Origin: an uncultured Planctomycetia bacterium
GTDB lineage: Bacteria; Planctomycetota; JAKEIC01; CAZDSO01
DNA: 64,000 nt
Direction of reading: 5' to 3'
NCBI GenBank assembly: GCA_964508045.1
Contig: CAZDSO010000001.1
Span: 746-64,745 of the forward strand
Shown here one piece after another: positions 9,907-19,528 of the stretch. A program made the position numbers and the translations under genes. Position 1 is the stretch's first letter; each line of letters opens with the position of its first letter. The notes under the pieces were generated by a model. That model worked only from the letters and a program-made list of their open reading frames with translations, was not told the origin of the DNA and did not search any database.

Positions 9907-11064
9907 ATGAAGACCCTCTGCATCATCCTGATCCTCCTCGCGACCGGTCTTCTGGCTTCCGTCATCCTCCCGGTCCCCCTCGGGGACCGGGAGGAGACGG
10001 TTTCCGTACCGGCCTCGATGACAACCGACCCGGGCGACGCCGCGGAACCGTTCGGACGGGATCCCGGCGCCGCCGGGGCCCGCGCGGCCGCGGAGGAAAC
10101 TCTCGGTGCCGCGCCTCGGCGAGGGGAAGGCACCCGCGCTTCCGGTACGGCGCGCGCTCGCCTCCCGGAGCCGAGCGCCGGCGAGAAGGCCCCGGACGCG
10201 GTCCCCGGCCTTCTCGAAGACCTGGAAGCCGCCTTCGTGGCGGGACAATCCGCCGAGATGAAGGCCCTCCACGCCCGCATCCGGGCCCTGGGCGAGAAGG
10301 CCCTCGGTGACCTCGCTTCCTGCATCCGCTCCGCGAAGGACGCGACGACCGTCCTGCTGGCCATGGACGCCCTGGCGGGTCTTCGCGCGGCGCATCCCGG
10401 CTCGTCCGCGATCGAGGCCGCCTACGAGACCGCCGTCTTTCCGCGCGCGAAGGCGATCCTCGAATCCGTCGAGGATCCCGCGCTGCGCGCCCACGCCGCC
10501 TTTCACCTCGCCGCGTGCCGCCTCCCCGCGGGGGTGGACGTCCTTCTGGAGCGCGTGCGCCAGGACCGCGAGGAGCGGGTCCGGGCCGCCTGTCTGGACG
10601 CCCTGGTCCGCGAGAAGGAGCGCGGGGCCACGCCCGCGTTGGTGAACATGCTGGAGCTGGGCCTGCCGCACGAGGAGAGGTCCCGGCTCGGCATCGCCCG
10701 GGCGTCTCTGGCTCTGCTGGACGAATCGTCCCGCGCCCGGGGTCGCCGGCGCATCCACGCCGCGATGAAGGACGATCTGGAAGCGATCCTGCAGGACCCC
10801 GCGCCGCAGAACGCCGCGAGACGCTACGCCGCCTTCCACCTCCTTCTGCAGACGGCGCCCGGGGGCGACGCCCGGACGCTTGTCGAGGCGGTGCGGCGCG
10901 AGACGACCCCCGTCGTGTTCGCCGGCGTGGTCGATACGCTGGTGGACCGGAAGGAGACGGAGGATCTCGCGCCGGTGCTCGAAGAGATCGCCTGCGATGT
11001 CTCCCGGCCCGAGGGCGTGAAGCGGCTCGCGCGCGGGGCGCTTTCGAGGATCCGGGGCCGTTGA
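9907..11064 (+). CDS. secreted/anchored HEAT-like repeat protein
   Basis: N-terminal hydrophobic segment MKTLCIILILLATGLLASVIL. Repeated helical units contain D...(V/L)R..A...L. The gene starts 10 nt after the upstream gene. Confidence 0.7.
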   Translation: MKTLCIILILLATGLLASVILPVPLGDREETVSVPASMTTDPGDAAEPFGRDPGAAGARAAAEETLGAAPRRGEGTRASGTARARLPEPSAGEKAPDAVPGLLEDLEAAFVAGQSAEMKALHARIRALGEKALGDLASCIRSAKDATTVLLAMDALAGLRAAHPGSSAIEAAYETAVFPRAKAILESVEDPALRAHAAFHLAACRLPAGVDVLLERVRQDREERVRAACLDALVREKERGATPALVNMLELGLPHEERSRLGIARASLALLDESSRARGRRRIHAAMKDDLEAILQDPAPQNAARRYAAFHLLLQTAPGGDARTLVEAVRRETTPVVFAGVVDTLVDRKETEDLAPVLEEIACDVSRPEGVKRLARGALSRIRGR

Positions 11065-11123
11065 CGTCTTCGCGCGCCCTGTCGTGGCGCCGGGTCTTCG
11101 GTCCGGGCAAAGCCGCAGAAAGG

Positions 11124-12308
11124 ATGGAAACCATGATGCTTCGATGGGCGTGCCTGGCAGGGACGGCTCTGGTCGTCACGATTGTTGCCGGCCCGGCGCT
11201 CGGGGACGTCGCCCCGAATCCTCTGGCCGGTGGGACGAGTCCCCACGTCCACGGGGACCCCACGTCGGTGGCGATGACGTGGGAGAAGGTGGAGATGGTC
11301 GTGACGGGGGACAAGGTGCTCGTCACCGCCGTCTTCGGTCTCACGAACACGGGCGACGCCGAAACCCTCCAGGTGGGGTTCCCCACGTTCCGGCGTTACG
11401 CCTTGAGGGATTTCACCGCGGAAGTCGACGGAAAGAGCGTTCCCGTCACGCGGAACAAGGGCTGGCATCTCTGGAGCATGGATTTCGCGGACAAGGAGGC
11501 CCGCACCGTCAAGGTTCGCTACTGGAACGAACCCGTCGAGGATTCCCGGGCCAATCAGCGGCTGGACGAGATCCCCTGCAAGGATCCGGAGGGATTCGAG
11601 GAGACGTTCCGGCGTTTCAAGGCCCACTACGTGCTGTACACGGGCGCGGGATGGAGGGGGCCCATCGGGACGGCGGAGATCGCCGTCCGGTTCGAGGGCA
11701 TGAAGGCGGACGAAGCCCTGAGAGCGTACAGCTACGGGGACGAGGCGACCCTCGACGAAGACGGCCTGACGTGGAAATTCCGCGACCTGGAGCCCGTGCA
11801 CGGCGGAGCGTACGATCACCTCACGGTGAAATGGTGCGCGAGGCGCTTCGAGGAGGAGAAGGAGGTGTTTCTCGATCTGGCCGGGAACAAACCGGACGAT
11901 ACGATGGTCCGCGTTCATCTCGCCAGGCTCCTTCGGTCGAGAAGGGATTTCCAGGGGGCGATGTCCCACTACCACCGCCTGATCGAAGGCGTGCTGTCGA
12001 GGCCCCTGCGGGACGGGGACCTCGTGCTCGTGGAACGAGGCCCCTGGGAGGAAATCGACTGGGTTCTCGAGGCCTGCGGGGCCATGGCGGAGATGTCGGA
12101 CCGGGTGCGGATCGAGAACCGCGTGCTGGAAACATGGCTCCAGCAGTGCATCGACGTCACGGGACGCATGGCGGGGGGAAAGGCCGTGGGACACTACAGG
12201 AAGGGATACTTCAAGCGAACGCTCGTCATGATACGGCCCACAGTGAGGAAGGTCCTCGAACGTTGCCGGAAAACGCTCGCAGGACTGGATCAACGCGGGG
12301 CCAAGTAG
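11124..12308 (+). CDS. secreted hypothetical protein (N-terminal beta-sandwich reminiscent of DUF4424, helical C-terminus)
   Basis: The ATG at 11124 gives signal peptide METMMLRWACLAGTALVVTIVAGPALG. The 203 codons upstream in the track ORF (10515-) are R/G/P-rich and overlap the HEAT gene. The family assignment is a weak motif resemblance only. Confidence 0.65.
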   Translation: METMMLRWACLAGTALVVTIVAGPALGDVAPNPLAGGTSPHVHGDPTSVAMTWEKVEMVVTGDKVLVTAVFGLTNTGDAETLQVGFPTFRRYALRDFTAEVDGKSVPVTRNKGWHLWSMDFADKEARTVKVRYWNEPVEDSRANQRLDEIPCKDPEGFEETFRRFKAHYVLYTGAGWRGPIGTAEIAVRFEGMKADEALRAYSYGDEATLDEDGLTWKFRDLEPVHGGAYDHLTVKWCARRFEEEKEVFLDLAGNKPDDTMVRVHLARLLRSRRDFQGAMSHYHRLIEGVLSRPLRDGDLVLVERGPWEEIDWVLEACGAMAEMSDRVRIENRVLETWLQQCIDVTGRMAGGKAVGHYRKGYFKRTLVMIRPTVRKVLERCRKTLAGLDQRGAK

Positions 12309-12406
12309 ATGGATGTTCCCCCGGCCATTGTGCGCCGTCTCGGGTTCCGGTTCGCTGGGGAGAAGGAAAGCCACCACGGAGAACGCCGGATAGAAAGGCC
12401 AGCTTC

Positions 12407-12925
12407 ATGAAGAGGTTCCTGCTGCTTTTCGTCATCGCCTGCGCGTCCTGCGCGTCCGCGCCCGCCGAGCGCGACGTTCGCGAGGGGGACGTCGAGGTCA
12501 TCGCCGCCTGGATCCTGGGCCGGGACACCGGCGGGGTCTTCGAGCATCCCTTCGCCGACAGCCGGTTTCTCTCGAAGGCGGAAGAACCGCTTCTCTATTC
12601 CGACGTCCGCGTCGGGAACCTGCCGACGCCCTTGTCCCAGAGGCCCTACGAGTTCGTCCTGGGGCGCATGCAGGCGATCCGGAGTCTGGAAGAGGACGGC
12701 GGGAATCCGGATCCCGCGGTCCTGATCACCACCTCGGTGGAACGCCTGCCCGAGGAGGGGGAACACGCCGACATCCAGATCATGCGATGGCGGGGGAAAC
12801 CGGGGGACCGGTACTACTACGTGGAAGTGGGCATCGGCACCATGGCCTGGCACTGGATCAAGGTCGTCATGCGCGGAACGCCGGGCGACAGGAAGGCCAT
12901 CGTCCTTCCGCTGGCGCTGTCCTGA
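12407..12925 (+). CDS. small lipoprotein, unknown function
   Basis: The ATG at 12407 gives MKRFLLLFVIACASC (lipobox). The upstream part of track ORF 11084- overlaps the preceding gene out of frame. Confidence 0.65.
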   Translation: MKRFLLLFVIACASCASAPAERDVREGDVEVIAAWILGRDTGGVFEHPFADSRFLSKAEEPLLYSDVRVGNLPTPLSQRPYEFVLGRMQAIRSLEEDGGNPDPAVLITTSVERLPEEGEHADIQIMRWRGKPGDRYYYVEVGIGTMAWHWIKVVMRGTPGDRKAIVLPLALS

Positions 12926-12937
12926 TCCCTCGTCGCC

Positions 12938-15580
12938 CTACTTCGTCGCCGGCTCGACCGAGGCCAGGCGGAAGCCGTAGACGTAGGAGGTGGTGAAGGA
13001 GGCGTCGCCGAAGCGGGAGGCGCACCGCGTGGCCGTGCTGAAGTTCACCCAGGATCCTCCCCGGATCGAGCGCACCCCCGCCAGCGCGTCCGATTCCGTC
13101 TCGCACCATTCCCGCACGCCTCCCGCCATGTCCCTGACGCCGTAGGGGGAGGCGTCGACCGGGTAGGCGCCCACGGCCTCGGGGGCGGGGGGACCCGGCC
13201 GCGACCGCGAGTTCTTGCAGTAGGTGGGATCGAACTTGTCGCCCCAGGGATAGACGCGGCCGTCCACGCCCCGGGCGGCCTTCTCCCACTGGGCCTCGGT
13301 GGGCATGGCGTAGGCCCGGCCGTCGCGCTCGGACCGCCAGACGCAATAGGCCTTGGCCATGTGCCAGCTCACCGCGATCACCGGCATCTCGGGAATCCAG
13401 GCGAAGGGGGTCTTGGTCCCGGGCCCGGGAAGGGCAAAGACGCCCTCGTCGTTCCGCGCCCACAGCGGCCGGCCCGTGCCCGGCTCCACCGGCACGGCGG
13501 ACAATGCCCGGTCCGGAGGCAGGCTGTTGAGATACGCCAGGTACGCGCGGCAGGTCACGGGGAAGACGGCGATGAAGTAGTCGGGCAGGACCTGGGCCGA
13601 CCGGGGCTTGGGGGCCAGGGCGTGGGGGTCTCCGCCGCTGACGAAGGGGCCGGCGGGAACGTGGACGAAGCCCTCGCCGATCTCGTCGTCGGTGAACATC
13701 CGCCCCTCCACGAGGCGGTCCTCGCCGCGGCGGACCAGCAGGGGAAGGCGCGTGCGGGCCTTCCCCGGGGCGTCCAGCTCGAGGAGGTAGGAGCCCATGG
13801 GGATGGTCCTGCGCCCCCCCTCGGACGCGGGAAAGGACTCGATCCTCTCCGGGCGGAGGATGCGGCCGCGCTCGCGGTACCGCGAGAGCAGGACGGTCGC
13901 GCCGGGAGGGTCCGTCTCCAGCGTCAGCGTCCCGTCGCCCTTCAGCGCCTCGTCCAGCACGCCGTCGTTGAAGAACTTGGCGGTGGCCAAAAAGTAGTTC
14001 ACGCCGGCCTGGTCGCCCTTCTCCTCCGCCTCGAGAAAACGGCCCCAGTAGAGCTGGGCCAGGACCTCGCGCGCCTCGCGGTTGTCGGACTCGAATTCCA
14101 GCGCGGAGACGAACTTGTTGACGGCGTCGGCGAAACGCCTCCCCTTCAGCACGGCCATGCGCTCCAGCTGGTCCTCGATGACCCACAGTTCCTTCTTCTC
14201 CTCCACCGGTTCCCACCCCTTGAACTTCTTGGCGGTGGCTTCCAGCGTCTTTTCGTAGCGGCGGACCACCTCCCGCATGGCGAAGTACCTCTCGGCCAGC
14301 TTCTTCCCCTCCTCGACGGCCTCCCGGGCCTCCTCGCGGCGGCGCAGGCGCTCCTTCGCGCCTTCGGCGTACCGCTGGATGTCGTCGTGGAGCGCGCGCA
14401 CCGAGGCGTAGCGGTCCTTCTTCTTCTTCTGCAGCGCCTTGAGGCAGATCCGGTCCAGCTCCGGATGGATCCGGCGCGTCTCGGTCGCGCGTCTCGAAGG
14501 CGGCTTCGGCTCCTCCCGGACCACCTTGTCCAGCAGCGCGCCAACGTCGCTTCCGTCGAAGGGAAGGCGAAACGTCAGGATCTCGTAGAGGATCGTCCCC
14601 AGCGAATAGATGTCGCTACGCTCGTCGATTTCCCCCAGCTTCCCCTCGGCCTGCTCGGGGGACATGTAGATGGGCGTGCCCAGGATCGTCCCTTCCGCCG
14701 TGATGCGCGAATCCAGGGGGGACCCGCTTCCCTCGCCGGCGGAGCGGATCTCGTCCTGGTCCCGGTACTTCGCCAGGCCCCAGTCCATGATCAGGACCTC
14801 ACCGAAGTCCCCGATCATGATGTTCTCGGGCTTCAGGTCCCGGTGGACGATGCCCTTGTCGTGCGCGTAGGCGATCCCCATGCAGACCGCCTGGAAGATC
14901 GCCAGGAAGCGCCACCGCGAAAACCGCTTCTCGACGGATTCGTCCCCCGACCGGAGGGCGTCGAGGACCTCCGCCAGCGAGCGGCCCCGGACCAGCCGCA
15001 TGGAGAAGTAGGGTAGGTTTTCGCCGAGCTCCCCCATGTCATAGACGGGCACGATGTTCGGATGCTGGAGCTGCCCCGACAGGCGCGCTTCCCTGAGGAA
15101 GCGCTCCCGCCGGCTCGACCGCTCCTTCCCGGGCAGGGCGACCTTCAAGGCCAGGTGGCGCTGGAGGTTGTGGTCGAAGGCGTTGTACACCACCCCGATG
15201 CCGCCGCGTCCCACCTCGTCCAGGATCGTGTACCGCTCGTCGGGCAGCTTGCAGGGGGTCATGAGGTCCGCGTCGTCCATCTCCGGCGCGGGGGATGCCG
15301 CGGGCTGCAGTTCCATCGTCTCGGATTCCTCTTTCTTCGGGATCTTCATCGAAAGCGGCTCCTGGCCCCGGCGCCGGCGGCCCTCCTCGATCACTTCCAG
15401 CGCCTCCTTCTCCGCCTCCGTGATGAGGCCCTTCTCGTACAGCGCCTCGCCGAGGTCGGACGCCCCGACGTCCTTCACGAAGGGCTCGAGATCGTCCCGC
15501 GTGACCAGCTGGTTCCGGAGCGCCGCGAGCCCGAGACGCAGATCCCGCATGCTGTCGTCGTCCTGCTTCATCCCCGACAA
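12938..15580 (-). CDS. Ser/Thr protein kinase with C-terminal FGE-sulfatase (SUMF1-like) domain
   Basis: Kinase motifs: LALKV, HRDLKPENIMI, DWGLAK (DFG variant), SPEQ. C-terminal FGE-type motifs: EAQWEKAARG and IRGGSWVNF. The N-terminus has RLG..L....L-type helical repeats. Confidence 0.9.
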   Translation of the reverse strand: MSGMKQDDDSMRDLRLGLAALRNQLVTRDDLEPFVKDVGASDLGEALYEKGLITEAEKEALEVIEEGRRRRGQEPLSMKIPKKEESETMELQPAASPAPEMDDADLMTPCKLPDERYTILDEVGRGGIGVVYNAFDHNLQRHLALKVALPGKERSSRRERFLREARLSGQLQHPNIVPVYDMGELGENLPYFSMRLVRGRSLAEVLDALRSGDESVEKRFSRWRFLAIFQAVCMGIAYAHDKGIVHRDLKPENIMIGDFGEVLIMDWGLAKYRDQDEIRSAGEGSGSPLDSRITAEGTILGTPIYMSPEQAEGKLGEIDERSDIYSLGTILYEILTFRLPFDGSDVGALLDKVVREEPKPPSRRATETRRIHPELDRICLKALQKKKKDRYASVRALHDDIQRYAEGAKERLRRREEAREAVEEGKKLAERYFAMREVVRRYEKTLEATAKKFKGWEPVEEKKELWVIEDQLERMAVLKGRRFADAVNKFVSALEFESDNREAREVLAQLYWGRFLEAEEKGDQAGVNYFLATAKFFNDGVLDEALKGDGTLTLETDPPGATVLLSRYRERGRILRPERIESFPASEGGRRTIPMGSYLLELDAPGKARTRLPLLVRRGEDRLVEGRMFTDDEIGEGFVHVPAGPFVSGGDPHALAPKPRSAQVLPDYFIAVFPVTCRAYLAYLNSLPPDRALSAVPVEPGTGRPLWARNDEGVFALPGPGTKTPFAWIPEMPVIAVSWHMAKAYCVWRSERDGRAYAMPTEAQWEKAARGVDGRVYPWGDKFDPTYCKNSRSRPGPPAPEAVGAYPVDASPYGVRDMAGGVREWCETESDALAGVRSIRGGSWVNFSTATRCASRFGDASFTTSYVYGFRLASVEPATK

Positions 15581-15783
15581 GGTAGCAGTCCCGGCGCGTT
15601 CTTTCGAGGCCCCACTCCCCGATTTCCCCCCCGCCCCGACGCGAAAAGATCCCGGAAACTTCTGGAAACTTCATCGGCGCCCCGTAATGTGGGAGGCGAA
15701 TCCGCCCCGCCTCGAACCGGCGGGAAGGCGGAGGCGGACGCGCGAAGACCCGCGCCTGCGCCGGCGCCCGGCGAGGAGGAACG

Positions 15784-16209
15784 GTGCCCGAATTCAGGAC
15801 CACCCTGCGCGTGAACGCCCCCCCCACGGCCGTCTTCGACGCCGTCGCGGACTTCCCCGCGTACAAGGACGTCGTCAAGTCCATCCTCGAATCCGAGGTC
15901 GAGGAAACCGGGAACGACGGCGCGGTCGTCCGCTTCGCGCTGGATCTGGCCGTGCGACGGGTCGTCTACCGGCTCCGCTACGAGACGGACCGCCCGCGCT
16001 CGATCCGGTGGAGCCTGGTGGATTCCAACACGGTCACCGAGAACGAGGGGGCGTGGGGATTCGAGAACGAGGGCGAGGCGACCCGCGTGACGTACCGGCA
16101 CCACGTCGCATTCCCGGCCTGGATGGCCTGGGCCGTCACGGACGCCGCCTTCGCCAAGGAAATGCAGAAGACCCTCGACCGGTTCAAGGAGCATATCGAA
16201 AGCCAGTAG
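15784..16209 (+). CDS. SRPBCC (START/polyketide-cyclase-like) family protein
   Basis: 141 aa with a GTG start. The N-terminus FRTTLRVNAPPTAVFDAVADFPAYKDV is typical of the SRPBCC fold. Confidence 0.7.
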   Translation: MPEFRTTLRVNAPPTAVFDAVADFPAYKDVVKSILESEVEETGNDGAVVRFALDLAVRRVVYRLRYETDRPRSIRWSLVDSNTVTENEGAWGFENEGEATRVTYRHHVAFPAWMAWAVTDAAFAKEMQKTLDRFKEHIESQ

Positions 16210-16222
16210 AAGGAGGTGATTC

Positions 16223-17509
16223 ATGAGCATGCCCGTGATCGTGAGCGGCGCCCGTACGGCGGTGGGCACTTTCGGGGGGTCCCTGAAGACCGTCCCGCTG
16301 GTGGAGATGGGTGCGCTCGTCATCCGGGAGGCGATCCGCCGCGCGGGGCTCAAGCCCGAGCTCGACGACCGGTCCCGGTCCGGCCGTCCCGACGCGTTCG
16401 GCGGTTACGAGAAATCGGAACTCCAGGAAAAGCATTACCAGTACGACGAGGACGCGACGCCCGTCCATGTCGACGAGTGCATCATGGGCAACGTCATCCA
16501 GGCGGGGCTCGGGCAGAACCCCGGCCGCCAGTCGACCCTCTACGCGGGCCTGCCGGAGGAGACGGGGGCCATCACCGTGAACAAGGTGTGCGCGTCCGGG
16601 ATGAAGGCCATCGCCCTCGCGGCCCAGGCGATCAAGGCGGGGGACGCCGAGGTCGTGGTGGCGGGAGGCATGGAGAACATGAGCGCCGCCCCCTATGCGC
16701 TTCCCAAGGCGCGCTGGGGATACCGCATGGACATGTTCGAGGGCTCCCTGGTCGACGTCATGGTCCACGACGGCCTCTGGGAGATCTTCAACGGCTACCA
16801 CATGGGCTTCACGGCAGAGAACATCGCGGAGCTCTACGGCTTCTCCCGCGAGGCGCAGGACGCCCTCGGCGTGATGAGCCACGAGAGGGCGCTCTCGGCC
16901 ATCGCCGAGGGGCGCTTCAAGCCCGAAATCGTCCCCGTCACCATCCCGCAACGGAAGAAGGATCCCATCGTCTTCGAGGTGGACGAGCGACCCATGAAGA
17001 CGGACATGGAGAAGATGGCCAAGCTGCGGCCCGCCTTCAAGAAGGACGGCACGGTGACCGCGGGCAACGCCTCGGGCATCAACGACGGCGCCGCGGCCGT
17101 GGTGGTCATGTCGGAGGAAAAGGCGAAGGCGCTGGGACTCGAGCCGCTGGCCCGGATCCGCGGCTACGCCTTCGGCGGCGTGAAGCCCGCCTACATGGGC
17201 CTGGGGCCGGTGCCCGCGACCCGGAAGCTCCTCTCTTCGCTGGACATGAAGATCGATACCATGGAAATCGTCGAGCTCAACGAGGCCTTCGCCGTGCAGG
17301 CCCTGGCCTGCATGAAGGAACTGGGCCTGGACAAGGAAGCGATCAACCTCAACGGATCCGGAATCTCGCTGGGACACCCCATCGGATGCACGGGCGCGCG
17401 GATCACCTACAGCCTGGCCATGCAGATGAAGGCCAAGGGCGCCCGGCGCGGCCTGGCCACCCTTTGCATCGGCGGCGGCCAGGGCATGGCCATGGTGCTG
17501 GAGCGGTAG
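16223..17509 (+). CDS. acetyl-CoA C-acetyltransferase (thiolase II-like)
   Basis: VNKVCASGMKAI (nucleophilic Cys), NASGINDGAAAVV, GHPIGCTGAR, CIGGGQGMAMV. Confidence 0.92.
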   Translation: MSMPVIVSGARTAVGTFGGSLKTVPLVEMGALVIREAIRRAGLKPELDDRSRSGRPDAFGGYEKSELQEKHYQYDEDATPVHVDECIMGNVIQAGLGQNPGRQSTLYAGLPEETGAITVNKVCASGMKAIALAAQAIKAGDAEVVVAGGMENMSAAPYALPKARWGYRMDMFEGSLVDVMVHDGLWEIFNGYHMGFTAENIAELYGFSREAQDALGVMSHERALSAIAEGRFKPEIVPVTIPQRKKDPIVFEVDERPMKTDMEKMAKLRPAFKKDGTVTAGNASGINDGAAAVVVMSEEKAKALGLEPLARIRGYAFGGVKPAYMGLGPVPATRKLLSSLDMKIDTMEIVELNEAFAVQALACMKELGLDKEAINLNGSGISLGHPIGCTGARITYSLAMQMKAKGARRGLATLCIGGGQGMAMVLER

Positions 17510-17521
17510 GGGGAAGCGGTC

Positions 17522-18979
17522 TTGAACGCGCTCGAAACCGCCCTCAAGAACGAAAAGACGGTCCGGGCCCTCGTCGCCGGCGATCTCATCCTCGACCGGT
17601 ACGTCGAGGGCGACGTGGGGCGCATCAACCCCGAGGCCCCCGTGCCCGTGGTCCAGGCCGCCGGGGAGCGCTTCTCCCTCGGCGGCGCGGCCAACACCGC
17701 CCGGAACCTGAAGGTCCTCGGATGCGACGTCGACCTCTTCGGCGTGGCGGGCGACGACCCCGAGGGCCGCACCTTGCGGGAGGCGCTCCGCGACCGGGGC
17801 ATCGATCCCGGCGGCGTGGTCCTGGATCCCGCGCGCCCCACCACGAAGAAGACGCGCGTGATCTCGAGAGGGCAGCACCTCATCCGCGTGGACTGGGAGA
17901 AGACCGGACCCCTGGACGCGGAGGTCGAGACGCGCCTCGTCCGGGCGCTCGCCGTGGCGGCCGGGAAGGCCGACGTCGTCGTGGTCTCGGACTACGGGAA
18001 GGGCCTCCTGACGCCCCGGATCCTCTCCGCCCTCCTCGACGCCGGCGCGAAGGCCTCCATCCCCGTCCTCGTGGACCCCAAGGGCCGGGATTTCGTCAAG
18101 TACGCCGGCGCCACCCTCCTGACGCCCAACCGGGGCGAAGTGCAGGCGTGGAGCGGACGCCTCCTCGACGACGAGACCTCGATCCGCGAGGCCCTCGAGG
18201 CCCTCAAGCGCGAGATCTCCCTGCAGGTCGCCGTGGTCACGCTGGGCTCGGGAGGACTCGCCTGGGTCGACGAGAAGGGGAACTTCCACCGGATCCGCGC
18301 CGAGGCCCGCGAAGTCTTCGACGTCACGGGCGCCGGCGACACGGTCATGGCCACGCTGGCCTGCTTCATCGGCGCAGGCGTCCCGCTGGCCGACGCCCTG
18401 AGGCTCGCCAACATCGCCGGCGGGATCGCCGTGGGCCGGCTCGGAACCACGGCCGTGTCCCGGTCCGAGATCTTCGAGCGCGTCCTTCACGGAAGCGGCT
18501 CGCCCGGCGCCAAGGTCGTGGCGCGGGCGGACCTGCCCGCCCTCCTCGAGGCCCGCCGCGACCGGGGCGAGACCGTCGTCTTCACCAACGGCTGTTTCGA
18601 CATCCTCCACCGGGGCCACGTCGAGTACCTGCGCTTCTGCCGCCGCCAGGGGGACGTCCTCGTGGTCGGGCTGAACGACGACCGCTCCGTGCGGGCGCTC
18701 AAGGGCGCGCACCGCCCCGTGAATCCCGGGAAGGACCGCGCGGCCGTCCTGGCGGCGCTGGCGTCCGTGGACCTGATCGTGTTCTTCGACGAGGAGACCC
18801 CCGAGGCGATCATCCGGGAAGCGGAACCGGACGTGCTGGTGAAGGGGGAGGACTGGCGCGAGAAGGGGGTGGTGGGCCGCGCCTTCGTGGAGGGGCGCGG
18901 CGGCACGGTGGTCCTGGCCCCCCTCACGCCGGGCTTCAGCACCAGCGAGCTCATCGAGAAGCTCCGCAAGGACCCGTGA
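17522..18979 (+). CDS. hldE: bifunctional D-beta-D-heptose 7-phosphate kinase / D-beta-D-heptose 1-phosphate adenylyltransferase
   Basis: N-terminal ribokinase-like domain (GDLILDRYVEG, TPNRGE, DVTGAGDTV). C-terminal cytidylyltransferase motif FTNGCFDILHRGHVEYL. TTG start. Confidence 0.92.
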   Translation: MNALETALKNEKTVRALVAGDLILDRYVEGDVGRINPEAPVPVVQAAGERFSLGGAANTARNLKVLGCDVDLFGVAGDDPEGRTLREALRDRGIDPGGVVLDPARPTTKKTRVISRGQHLIRVDWEKTGPLDAEVETRLVRALAVAAGKADVVVVSDYGKGLLTPRILSALLDAGAKASIPVLVDPKGRDFVKYAGATLLTPNRGEVQAWSGRLLDDETSIREALEALKREISLQVAVVTLGSGGLAWVDEKGNFHRIRAEAREVFDVTGAGDTVMATLACFIGAGVPLADALRLANIAGGIAVGRLGTTAVSRSEIFERVLHGSGSPGAKVVARADLPALLEARRDRGETVVFTNGCFDILHRGHVEYLRFCRRQGDVLVVGLNDDRSVRALKGAHRPVNPGKDRAAVLAALASVDLIVFFDEETPEAIIREAEPDVLVKGEDWREKGVVGRAFVEGRGGTVVLAPLTPGFSTSELIEKLRKDP

Positions 18980-19009
18980 GAGGCGTCACGGGTCAACCCC
19001 GGTTTCTTC

Positions 19010-19504
19010 GTGCGTGGGCCCATGCGTCCTCTGCGCTCCTGGCGGTGTACGTCCTCCCGGTTTGGTTGCGGTTTCGCCCTTGTCGAGGCGGAAAAGGCGG
19101 TAAATGCCCTCCTTCTTGCCTTCGGGCAGGAAGCCTGGGGTCACGTGGTGGCCCGTCTCTTGAAGGAGCTCCCTTCCGAGGTGAAGGAGGATCTTGTCGC
19201 CTGGGCTTCTCGAACGGCGCGCCTTCATCCGGAAGTGGTCCGGATCGGTTACCGGGGGTCGTACGCCCGGGGGGATTGGGGCGTGGGAAGCGATCTGGAC
19301 CTCGTCGTGGTCGTCCGCCAGGCCCCCGGGCCGTTCCATCGCCGCGGACTCCCCTTCGATCTCGGCGCCCGTCCCGTCCCTGCGGATCTCCTGGTCTACA
19401 CCGAGGAGGAATACGGCCGCATCCTTGCCTCGGACACACGCATGGCCGAAACGCTCGAGCGAGAAACCGAATGGATCTGGCCCGGACGGGGGGAAAGAGG
19501 CTGA
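19010..19504 (+). CDS. nucleotidyltransferase-domain protein (MNT/pol-beta superfamily)
   Basis: Motif GYRGSYARGDWGVGSDLDLVVVV (G[SG]-x9-12-DxD). The true start may be internal: the first ~45 codons are low-complexity and a GTG lies near 19150. Confidence 0.65.
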   Translation: MRGPMRPLRSWRCTSSRFGCGFALVEAEKAVNALLLAFGQEAWGHVVARLLKELPSEVKEDLVAWASRTARLHPEVVRIGYRGSYARGDWGVGSDLDLVVVVRQAPGPFHRRGLPFDLGARPVPADLLVYTEEEYGRILASDTRMAETLERETEWIWPGRGERG

Positions 19505-19528
19505 CGGACGCGCTCGCGTCCGCGCGGA

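Noticed and set aside
10515-11123. Long N-terminal extensions of track ORFs (10515-, 11084-, 23446-, 24033-, 26329-, 43085-, 45220-)
   Set aside because: The extensions overlap upstream genes out of frame and are low-complexity. Internal starts give signal peptides or lipoboxes and RBS-like sequences.
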